From Lama glama (Eukaryota), in the NCBI GenBank assembly GCA_028534125.1, contig CM052816.1, positions 36,086,001 to 36,150,000 on the forward strand: a stretch of 64,000 bases of DNA. The letters run 5' to 3'. The notes beneath the pieces were generated by a model. It worked only from the letters and a program-made list of their open reading frames with translations. It ran no database searches and had not been told where the DNA came from. Made by a program: the position numbers and the translations under genes. Each line of letters begins with the position of its first letter. Position 1 is the stretch's first letter. This document shows, piece by piece, positions 23,996 through 35,400 of this stretch.

Positions 23996-26900
23996 CGCCA
24001 CTGTTAGTACACAAGTAAGATTCTCTTATCATTACTAGACGTAGACGGCCGTGAAGAGAACTTTACCATTTTGGCTTTGTAAGTCAGAAAGACCAGTAGA
24101 GTTGGGCGTGTTGTTATAAACATAACTTACCCCGAATTAGATCTTTTTGATGCACAGATGCACAATGTAGGCAGAGCTTTCCAGTCATCTTTTTTTCCCC
24201 AGGTAAATTCCATTGCCTATCGAGAAAGCAAGAGGCTGTTTAGAAACATAACAGATTCCATGTTTTTCTCTGGTAATGAAGAGGCACAGTGAGGACTATT
24301 CTGACATTAGGAAAATTACCTTTGAATTCAACTAATGCTAAAACGCAAGGTACCAAGTTGCATTACTACATGAGCATATTTCACTCTCTCTTTTGGGAAA
24401 CACTCTTTTTCATTGAGCACTTAAACCCATGATGCCCCTATAACTGACAGAATTTTGCAAAAGTTTGACAGAAGGTAGTCAGACAGTGGTGGTGGGGACT
24501 AGAAATGCAGGTGTACACACAGGAGAAGCTCCCTGAGTCAGTCATGACTTAGACAAGGTTGAGCTATGATCCCCTGGCTGTATGAATGCAATGATAAATT
24601 TGAGTACTTGCCTGTATTCTTTGGAAAATTCAGACTTGCAGCTCTGCACCACTGTGTTGGATGGCTGACTCTAGACCCAGACTAGATGAATCCAGCCAGG
24701 CTGAAAGGATTCTACTGCATGTTCTCAGCAATGTCTACTAATTCACCTGTCTTTGGAATGTATTTGTCTTTTTTGTTTGCTTGTACACTCTGCCTGCCAG
24801 TTTCCTATCATCAGGGACACAGGATGATCTCAGGGCCAACATATGCCCCATAATATGCTCCAAAGTATGGCTAGCGTTCTCTCTCTCAACCACTGAAACC
24901 CTCATGTTGTGGAAAACTGGAGCCAGGAGGCAAGACTTGATTTGGCATCTCAAGAGAACTATTTTCTTCTTCCAAGCCACCTTCACTGTTCCCAGTGTTG
25001 GAAATTCCCTGTGTTTGGGGTAATTTCCACTGGGATAGACTGTGCCTATGAATTCCTCCTTGTAAGTCTGGCATTGCTCAGATTTACCCAAAGAACAGCC
25101 AGTTTTCATTTTGCTTCTTGAGGGCCATAGAAGCTCAACACTGAGGCCCTGTTTCATAGAAGGATGCTCTGGAGAATCCTGAGCCAGGACCAGTACGTTA
25201 TGGCACAAAGAGAGGACCGTGGTGCCCCAAAGTGACAGATTTTCTCCTTTGAAGGCAAGATGGTACTTACTGATAGGCTGCTTAGAAAAGGGCTAATTCC
25301 AAAGATGGCCATGATTTGAGGAGCAAAAGGCACATTTAGCCTCACTTTACTTACATGACAAACAAAAAGCTTTCCTCTCAAGGTTCTGCAACATTCATTC
25401 CCCCGTCTTGTGCGGCATGGGCCTAGAGCATGGACAGCCCTCGCTGAGCACCTGGATGGATGGGGAAGGCGGGCACCCTTCAAGCTCACACTGAGTATCT
25501 AAGTGTTACCTGGCACCTTTTATCAGTACACTTCCTGGGAGTGGTATCAGTACCACTTCCCCATGAAGAGGATCTGGTAATCTGCGAGTGAACATAAGAT
25601 GAAGAGCCCAGTAGGTGGCCTAATTTCAGGTGTATAAATGTAAGTGGTTATTTCAGAACGAACCCTGGAGTCCTCAGGGTTTATGATTCTTTCCCAGTTA
25701 AGCATGAAGTGCTCTTAAAAAAGTGATTTGAATTCTCTTTTCAGGGCAATTGAGGGCATTTATGTCTCCTCCTAACTGTAGATGTGATATATTTGCAAGG
25801 CTCAGGAAGGACAGAGAAGAGAGTCCAGAAGTGTTTGGCTACAGCACGTGGGGCTTTATATTTTCCTCTGCACCAGTTTAACTTCCCATTCTCAGTTCCT
25901 AAACTTTATTCTAGTCTCCTAAGCTAATAGCCATTCCATGCAGGTTTGCTAGGGTCCAGGAGAAGATAGCACATTTGACCCAGGGATGCAGGAAGGCTAA
26001 AGTGGTAAGTAAGTGCGCTGCAGAGTAGAAGCCACACGGCTGAGGGAGCATTTCTAAGTCCATATTAGGAGTGAACATAACAAACAGAAACAGCCCACGT
26101 GAGCATCTGAAGCAGAGGCCCACCCTGAGCCTGAAGCGTGGTTGCTTTAGGACAAATAATACAGCGTGACTCTACCTCGCAATGAAAAAACATTCTTATC
26201 GTGACATGTGCGGTGTGAGGATAGAAATGAATTTACAATTAACAGTCACTCTATTAAGAGGCTCAAGGAGGTCGTTCAGGGGCATCTAGGGATGATCCTT
26301 CAAGGTCTATGATAATTGGGAACAACCTCTACAACCTCCCTTGTTCCCATTCCCTCCGACCCTTGAGTGAGTGCAGCATGATGGTCACTGAGATCCTACT
26401 GGAAGTTGCCCTGATGCTAAAGTAAAATCTACCACAGAACCCCACTGTTGGCCCCACACGGAGTTCAGAGAGCACTTAGCCTAGAAGCCCAAGGTAGGCA
26501 GGTGGAAGGAAGAAGCCAGCAGCCCCGGAGCACAGGGCGCCGCTTAGGCACGCCTCCGGTCTGTCTGTGGTACTAACTAACTGCTGCAAAGTTCCTGTTT
26601 CGAAGTTAAGCCTGTTAATCACGCAGATCGAGAAGGTGCTCCAAGGTCAGAGGCAGCCTTATAGGGCACTTTATAGCTAAATAAAAGAAACTTACCTCAG
26701 TTACTCCATTTATTGAGAGGAAAATTTGCATCCACGCCGATAATTTGTGTGCCCATCTTCAGCCTGATAAAAATAAAAATAGTCAAGTTCAAGTAATTTA
26801 ATCCTGGCATTACAGGGTTTGTAATAGAAACAGCACCCTGACTGATTTCCCAATTGTAGGCAAACCAGTGGGTACAGATTTATTTAGGTTTAGTGAGTAT

Positions 26901-27458
26901 GTTGTATAGCTTATTTAAAATGCTGTTGTTCTGGCATTTAATTCTTCATATTTTAAAATTCATCTAGGCATCCAATAACCAGGCATTCAACACTAATCCT
27001 GTGAAACCACTAAACAAGAGGAAAATGGGCAGCCCATTCTGGTTAACCACTAATATACCAACATTAACTGCATCCTGCCACCCCCGCCCCCTAACATTTT
27101 ACTTGCTTCTCCATGACACATGGGGTTTAAAAGGCATATTCACATCTCAAGTTTGTGCATGGTGTGTTTGACTGCTAGCAGTCAAAGTAGCTCACGTGCC
27201 AAAGGTTACAGTGTGAAAACATTTTTCACCTCAGTTTTTAAGGAAAGTATGAACATTGCTGAGCAAGTCCAATTTTCCCTGCCTCTCCTTTGTTTGCTGT
27301 AAATAATGAGTGATTATGCAGACATCAAAGTCAATGGTGGCACAAGGTTCATTACCCTACTTTGCAGAGGGTGGCGAGGTCTGTTACCAGCAGGCTGCTG
27401 CAAGAGAGTTATTAAGGATGTGAAATCTCATTGGAATGTGTGCTTTCTATTTGAACAG

Positions 27459-27580
27459 ATGACACCGTACATGAGTCAGCCGAGCCATCCCGCGGCGAGA
27501 ACGCGGCCCAGACACCAAGGATATCCAGCCGCCTTTTGGCAATCCTACTGTTCCTCCTGGCGATGCTTTTGACATTATAG
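27459..27580 (+). CDS. EFNA5: Ephrin-A5 last coding exon (exon 5), encoding the GPI-anchor signal
   Basis: Acceptor tttctatttgaacag|. Translates (D)DTVHESAEPSRGENAAQTPRISSRLLAILLFLLAMLLTL followed by TAG (27578-27580). The hydrophobic C-terminus is typical of ephrin-A GPI signals. Confidence 0.97.
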
Positions 27581-30500
27581 CACAGTCTCCTCCCGTCACC
27601 TGTCACAGAAAACATCAGGGTCTTGGAACACCAGAGATCCACCTAACTGCTTATCCTAAGAAGGGACTTGTTATCGGTTTTTTGGCAGATGTCAGATTTT
27701 TGTTTTGTTTCTTGCAGCCTGAATTCTGGGCAACAACTTGGGGCCAGGGAGAGCTAAAGTAGTTGCTGCCTCCCTCACCCCAGTCACCCCACCCCCGCCC
27801 TTGCCCTTTCTCACCTCTTCCAAATTAAATGGACTCCAGATGAAAATGCCAAATTGTCATAGTGACACCAGTGGTCGTCAGCTCCTGTGCATTCTCCTCC
27901 AAGAGCTCACCTCCGCTAGCGCAGCGTCCGCGGTACACGGACGAGGAAGGATAGTGGCAGACGCAGCCAGTGATGGCGAGGCCCAGGAGGGTTTTCCTCT
28001 CCCACACAGTACTTACGCCTTCTCCTTCAGGACTGGATGACGACCTTGCAGGGCGTCCTGTCACCATGTCAAGTCCAGAGGGGCGGTATTGAGACTAGAT
28101 ATACTATTACACCATATTCTCTAGGAGTGTATAAATGAACAGGCTTCTAAAAGGTTGAGACACTGGGTTGTTTTTTTTTTTTCTTTTTAAAAAGATGACT
28201 GTCTTAAAGCATTCTTGACAGCAAAACTTGTGCTCCGTAAAAAGAAGCCTTTTTTTTTTCAAGGAAGCGGGTCGGGTGCCAGAATGCTAGCACAGAGCAA
28301 GTTGTGAAAACAGGTGTGGTGGGGGTATGTGTGAGTGCCTCTAATTTTTTTTGGTGACTGGTCAGTGCACACCAGATTTTTTTTTCCTTTGAATACAGAT
28401 CACCATGGTGCTACAACTTCTTTTTTTTTTTTAACTGAAAGAGGCATTTTTATGAATAAAGTGACCTTCCCCGAGGCTGAGAAGCCAGGGTTGATGAGTG
28501 TATACGGAATAGCTTTGGATGCTCCTCTGGGGGACAGTATGGACCAAGGAAAGGATGTCAGTGGCCAGAGGAGATGTCATTTGGCTTTGCTGGAGCGCCA
28601 GTGTGCTGTGGCCTTTCCCCGACTCCCACCCTAGTACCCACATTTTGCTCCACACTCCACGACTACGGGGGCTCGGACACCAACCCCTGTCCCCAGGACA
28701 GTCAGTCAGCACTACTGGGGAGGGCTAAAGGGAAATTTGGAATAAAAATTCCAAAGCTTGGAATGAAAAAATTCAAGAGTTGCTTTTATATTCTTTCCCT
28801 TTCTGACACAGCCTAAAGTTTAGGGGGAACGTGTTTATCTGTGGGAGATAAACAAGATGGAGTCCCAAAGACTTTAACAAAATATTTTTTTAAAAATCCA
28901 CTAGAATAGAAAATACATTATTTAGATATACTTTATGCTGAGAGTGAGTATATATGCTTGTCCTATTTAAATTTGTGAGAAAAAGTGGTATCCCTTGATA
29001 CATTTAGAAATATGGGGGGCTATCTTGTTTCATTGTGGGGGCGGGGCAAGAGGAGACTCAACGCAGGGTGACCCTGTTTAAAGAACCTGAGCATGGCCAC
29101 AATTACCAGGAAATGCAAGCCTTGGGGTTTCTACTGATGAGGCTGTCACGAACTTTGAACTCCAAAGCCTAGATAGGGAAAAGTGTTAGACCGGTGGAAG
29201 AAAAGTCAAGCCTTTTTTTTGCTCTTGCAGGACACAATAGAAACCATGCCTTTCAAAACAAAACAATAAATACAATGATCGTATAAGATGTGAAAAACTG
29301 GAAGCATTCCAGCACAGTAAGGGTGTTTTCATATATTTTTTTTTAAATGTACATGTTAAAAAAAAAAGGGTCATGTTATGGATTGACTTAATGAATGGGA
29401 ATTTGCTAAGAATTGTGAGTAGTTCTGAATTAGAGAAATACGTGAATGAAAGGCAGCTGTAAAGGCACTGCACCCTGGAGAGTTGTACACATGTCGAAAT
29501 GTAATCTGGGCTTACCTGATCCGCCTGGAGTGGATGCTAACGCTGGGTCTGTTCGCACTTGGAACCGCGTGAGCAGGGTTGCCAGCCTCGCAGACACCAT
29601 CGGCCCTGGTCCCCTGGACATCAAAACTGCTCTCGAGTGGCCGAGTCTTATCACAGAAGGCAGCCACCATTTCACTGAAACAGAAGTTCACAGCATTGGG
29701 TTCTTTTCTGCATTAACTAGTTATATACTCAGCACTCTCAGTAATGCTTTTTATTAATAGTGACAGGCTTGTTGGTCCAGTGGGATCTGGGTTGGGGCGG
29801 GGAGGGAAGATACCTTCTAAAGTGGATCACTAGTCAGAACCAAAATAATCCTGCATGTTCTATAACCACAAAGAAATCAAATGATCCTGTAATGATTCCA
29901 GTTAGTCATAACTACATTAGCAGTGCTAATTTCATTTTAGAAATGGTGACTTCTGTGGTTTTCTAGCATTTGTCTCTAACAAATGATAAAATAATTACTC
30001 ATGGCCCTCTCTGCCATCGTCTTTCATTTTTCACAGTGAAATTAGACCCCTTTACTTCACCGTTGTGCCACGACAAATTAAGTGTAAAAAAAAAAAAAAA
30101 AAAAAGCAAGACTACCCACACCAGTAGACAGTGTGCTTCTTTACCTAGAAGTGACGTCATTGTAGGTAATGCTTGCCACGGAGTTTGAGAAGATGACTGG
30201 TATCAGACGGTTTTCATCTTGTCCAAGAAGTGCTGGTGGCCTTTTGTGATGGTGTTACAACCCTCCGGGGGCTTAGGAGGATGTTGATGCAACTTTATAG
30301 CAGCTTTTAATTTCAAAAACACTTCAAAAGTCTGAAGGGCAGCCTTTGCCGCCTCTCAGCCCCAGTCAGTCAAACCCCAGCGACCTTTGCCCCTGGTTGC
30401 CAAGGGCTTTGCAACATGAAGCAGGGAAATAAGGATCTGTCTGTTTAGTGGATACCGTGTATCCTTTAATAGACCAGGTAACGGTTCGTGTTAGTTTAGA

Positions 30501-31864
30501 CTATTGTTTTGTACTGTACTTTCTTGGGTGGCAGAGGAAAGAAAAGTAAAACGTTTAAAAAAAAACAAACTGCGTTCTTTAAATTCTGTATTATTAGCAA
30601 CCTCTGTTGTATATAGTGTTTGATAATAAAGTATTAATTTGATTCTTATGTCTTTTTTAAGTGAGAACAATAGTCTTTCAGGATACAAAACACCCATTGA
30701 GGCTTTGAAACACCCAATGTAGATGTGGCTAAGAAGAGTCACAAATGGCCGAGACACTGCTCCATACAGGACTCACGTGTGGTCATCGCCCTCCTAATCT
30801 AAAGACTCCATCTTGGGACCTGGAACAACATGACTTTTTAATCAATATTTTGTCCTCAATGTTATCAAGGTCTGATGTTGGAGCCCTGTGGTGTTTTTCC
30901 CCGCCCCTAGCATGTTGGTTTGGAAAGGTTTAGGGACTTTAGTAGCGGTTCTGTACTTTGGTTTTCTGTTTGTGGTGGTCTTCATAGACTTGCATTCTTC
31001 CCCAGGAAGACTCTTGCCAGTATCACGTGCATGGGAAAGGTTGCAAACCGTGCGTTTCGGAAGGTTAAGTGGGGGTTCTTTCCCTCTGTGTCGTTGTGCA
31101 AGAAGTGTCACATAGTACCTGTGGCCTTTCAGGGACTCTGTTTTTCTCTGGTGCCTTAGCGACGGCAGCAACCATTTTTTTTTTTTAGTTTCCTGAAAAC
31201 AAACAAACAAAAAAAACAGTTTAACAGTTTAACCTCCTTCCCTCCATTCATTGCTCTCAGAGCTGTGATCACTGGTTTTCCTTTTGGAAGCCACCTCCAC
31301 CGACACCCCCATTTGTCTACACCTCCTCCCCTTACTTCTTATGTGTATTATTATTATTTTTTGGTCTCTCGCCTTCCTCCCGCGTTTCATTTGCAGTCAG
31401 AACCGTGAAAGGGCAGGTCTGTCTCTGGTTTGGCATCACTGAGTTTTTCCCATGCATCTGCCCCAGAGCTGCTCGGGTGTGAGACAGATCTCCCTACAAT
31501 AGGCTTGCTCCCACTGTCTGTACAGTTTAATAGGTGCTGGCATGTTGGAGGTTACCCATGAGTCAAAATCCGCTTTCCATGCTTACTCTTGACACCCCAT
31601 TGAAGCCACTCATTGTGTGTGCATCTGGGTGTGAAGTCCAGCTCCGTGTGGTCCTGTACTTGTACTGCCCGCTTTGCAGTTCCTTTGCACTTACTCATCG
31701 AGTGCTGTTTTGAAATGCTGACATTATATAAACGTAAAAAAAAATGTAAAAACAAAACAAGACAAAAACAAAAAAACCAACCACACACTAACTCATACGT
31801 TCTGTATTTGTATATACACGTGTCCGTACAAGTATACCTAAATAAAAATTAAAGATTTTCATCA
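27581..31864 (+). other. EFNA5: EFNA5 3' UTR (~4.3 kb; end position approximate)
   Basis: Follows the stop codon, has no recognisable interspersed repeats, contains many U- and A-tracts, and ends after a canonical poly(A) signal. Confidence 0.8.
31841..31853 (+). terminator. EFNA5: Distal polyadenylation signal of EFNA5 (AATAAA 31841-31846, ATTAAA 31848-31853)
   Basis: Tandem hexamers with upstream TGTA (CFIm) motifs at 31803 and 31809, CA dinucleotides at ~31860-31864, and U-rich sequence downstream. Confidence 0.8.
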
Positions 31865-32344
31865 TTTTAATTGGAGCCCTCCTTCTACTTCTTTGTTCCT
31901 TGAATGACGCCTTTATTTCAGGGGCTACTTGTACTCTGATTTTTTTTTTTTTTTCAAAATCTTTGTGGACAGAAAACATAATACGACATGCACAAGAGAA
32001 GGCCTGAGAAGGTCAAAGAATGCAGGCTTCAAAATGGCCAAGTATCTAGGCACATTCCAGTTGTTCTGCTGAGAAAATGGTGACATTTCAGCCTTGTCTC
32101 AGTATCTGAGCCTTCAGACAGGCGCTATGACAAGCCCTGCATCCTAAAGCGAGTGTTAAATACAAACGCTAAATACAAATCATGTTCTCTCACTCCGCAC
32201 CTACTTTTTTCAACCCATCAAGAAAAAGACAGAAATAATCATTTTATAGAAAACATCTTACACTTCCAAAATAATGACAGAAATGATAATCATCATCTCA
32301 GTACCACCCCAAACCGCAATTCTCAGTATCAAGGAAAAATTAAC

Positions 32345-32415
32345 TTCCTACTCTGTGACCTTGGGCAAGTCACACAATATCTTTGGGACTCAGTTTCCGT
32401 ACCAGTAAATAACTG
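32345..32415 (+). mobile_element. MIR core fragment
   Basis: ctgtgaccttgggcaagtcac...ctttgggactcagtttccgtaccagtaaa. Confidence 0.7.
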
Positions 32416-35400
32416 AGTTGTGTAAGTGACTTGCTAGATTTTTTAAATGGTGCCCTTGCTGGGCACTGTACAGCCCACTCTGCATCTGAGTGCTGTGAGT
32501 GAGTGTCTTTGATGATGACATTGCTGTAAGCACGATTTGAGAATTTCATCTGTAGAGGGAAAAAGCATCAAATGTCTAACATAATAGACACCTAATGCAT
32601 TTCAAGACTTGGCTTTAATTATACCATGTTAACATTAAACTCATTGAAAGCTTTTTATTATACTTAATTATTTGACGGGGCACTAAACACTAATTATAAC
32701 TTACGGTAACCTTTTTTGCTAATGAAGAATGACAGCTTTATAGAAGGAGGAACAACTCATTAAAGAAAAAATAGATGTACTGGACTACCTATGTGATATT
32801 TTCAAACCAGAACAGCATTACGTGGTCATTATCATCATCACCATCATCATCAAAAGCATTTAACTGATCATGACATTGTGCTTAGCGCTGTGCAGAATAA
32901 AGTTAATGTTTACAGCCGCTACTTGTAAAGTTTATGACATAAGGCAGACAATGTGTGTAAGCCTACCGTAGTAATGAATTTATAAAGACAATATAAAATT
33001 CAAGCATTTATATTATGCTTAAATGAGAAGGGAAAGAGCTATTTTTAAAAAACAAAGTGAGTGGAAAAAAAGATTGGAATTTTAAGATTAGGAAGCTTAG
33101 AGTTAAAGGAAGTCATTTTCACATAAAGTCAAAATGGAGTTAAGAGCTTCTTTATAAGAAACAGAAAATAGAAAAATAGGAAAACTTAGTGAATTAAAAA
33201 CCATTGTGGAACTTGCAAGAATAGTGAAGTACATGGAGTAAATTTTCATAGTGACTCTGGAAATGAGAAAATCCACGACGACACCTGAGTATCACTGAAG
33301 CAAATTTTGAAGGGATAGGTCCAGAAAAATCACCCTAGTACCCTAAGAAAGTAGGGCAACTGATGAAAAGATGACAATTTCAGATTCTGCTCAAAAGAAT
33401 AACCCTGTACCTGTTCCTGAAGCTGATACTGTGCCTACACTGACTTGAGACGCCCAGTACCTCAGCTAAGATGAACCCTACATTTTTTCACACTAAGGGG
33501 ATAAAGAGCAGAACATACAAAAGTGGGGACCAAGATCACTTGAAAGTAACTGTGAGTTCCTGATTAAGAGGCCAGTGCCCGACAGACAGTGCTGCACATG
33601 TAACAGGAAAGCAGGCAGGACCAGAGACGTCCTGTGCAGTGTTGCAAGATCCATACTTTGGTAGCAAAGTACTTGGAATGAGTGAATAACCTACTGTGTT
33701 AGAAAGAATCAAAGGAGAAACTGATGAGTAAAACTCATATGTACTTGAATCTCTTATCCAGTGATGATGATTAGAATCTTTTATCTCTTTTTATAGGAAT
33801 GCATATAACTTAGGTGCCATAAAGGAAGCTCAAGATACTTCTGATGAATTGCTCATTGACCATTCTCACAGTTTCTTAGGAACTGTTTGCAATAGTTTCT
33901 CAGAGGTTGTTTGCAAAGCTTAGTTTCATGTTCTGCTGATAATGTAAGCATACTTCAGGAAACCACTGGCAAAAACGCTGTGAAAAGCGTGACAAGTTTT
34001 GCACAGTCCCTCTGGAAAACACGTGCTTCTGAAAGTGCTTATAAATAACTAATCAGGCCAATAGTCTCTGTCAGTTTTTAGTTTGATACATTCCGTTATA
34101 TTAGTCAAGTAGTTCAGTGGTTAAATACATATGTGTGCCTATTTTTAAAATGGAGTTGTAACTGCTGAAGGACCCTGTTAGTAGTAAATTTGTAATAACT
34201 GTGTGTTCTTTTTTCATACGGATGATAAATGAGTGTACAAGATTAAAAAAAAAAAAAAGCAAGAAACTGCATTGCCCAAGGAATTGGTCAAGGGCATCTC
34301 CAAACGTTCATTTGCTTCGGGGAGGGGTGATTTAGTCAAACCACTTAAAAAATAGCATCTAAGTAAAAATCAGTGAGCTTGTTGTACAAATGCTTGCTTC
34401 CAGGCAAGTTCTCGCCGTCCCTTCCCCTTTCCAAACAGAAGGCAGCTCCTAAGCCCTTCCTATGTATGATGCCTGGAGCAGCAGAAGAAAGGGGACTAAA
34501 GGTCTTGCGTACAGCGCATCCCAACGTAATGACCCTTCTGACAATTCCCATCAGAGATCGTGACACTCTCCCAAGAACCTCGATACGTACTGAGAGTAAA
34601 ACACAGTTTCATTCATTTTCATTAAAAGTCACCCCTGAGTTCTGCCGTCTTACTCCCAGCAATGGCATAGTTAGGGTCCATCCAGAAGGAAGGTCAAATA
34701 AAAAGTACTTTCAGTTCCCCTCCTTGCTGTCTGCTTTTTGACTCAGTTTAGTTCCTAAATGTGGGGGATTCTGGAATATGAATAAAAGAAACCTTTTTAG
34801 GAACACGAGCAATGTCCTCACACCCAGGGAGGAGGACACCAGCATCAGAGCCACGCCACAGACATGGGAAGGAAGGCCTTACAATCTGGGGTAAGAGCAC
34901 TCCCTCCCTGAGGCTGTCAGTCAGAGTTAATTCAGAAGAATTCAATCTAGTGGGTGGCTCTCTGAGTCAATAACATGCTTTGAAATATCCTGGATTTTCG
35001 TCATGATTATTCAAGCAAGAACTTCATGTCACTTGGTAACACATGGATGCTTGTCGATCTTGACAAGAACACAAAGAGAGGGACAAAAAAAAAAAATCTC
35101 TAAAAGAGATTACAATGGGGAAAAAGAACAAAATATTTTTGCATGCTGTTTTGTTCACCAGTGCCAGGTGCTCCCTCCAACTGCATACATCATAGGTCAC
35201 CACAGTCATTTTCCTCCCATCACAGCCACGAGACAAGACACTAAAGTAAGAGAATGAACATGTTTTTTCCTAAACACATCTATGAAAACGCATTTTATCA
35301 ACACCCGAGTATCTTCTCCTTTTGGTGTTCAGAGTCTGTACTGTTGGACCAGAAAACAGCAGCAAAAACTGATTTATGTAGCACAGATTTCGGAACACCT

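Noticed and set aside
27306..27572. 88-aa ORF overlapping EFNA5 exon 5 in another frame
   Set aside because: It starts in intron 4 and is a shifted-frame shadow of the real exon, with no independent support.
27578..27646. Possible stop-codon readthrough (TAG CAC..., 21 further codons to TAA)
   Set aside because: The context does not match the strong readthrough motifs (UGA-CUAG, UAG-CARYYA), and an extension would disturb the GPI signal.
30086..30105. A20 tract in the 3' UTR as a retro-insertion tail or transcript end
   Set aside because: No TSD or upstream element is recognisable and there is no canonical hexamer at the right distance. It is more likely a mononucleotide tract that causes oligo-dT internal priming.
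32950..33750. A-rich purine-biased stretch as a very old L1/HAL1 remnant
   Set aside because: The composition is suggestive, but I could not match diagnostic motifs with confidence.
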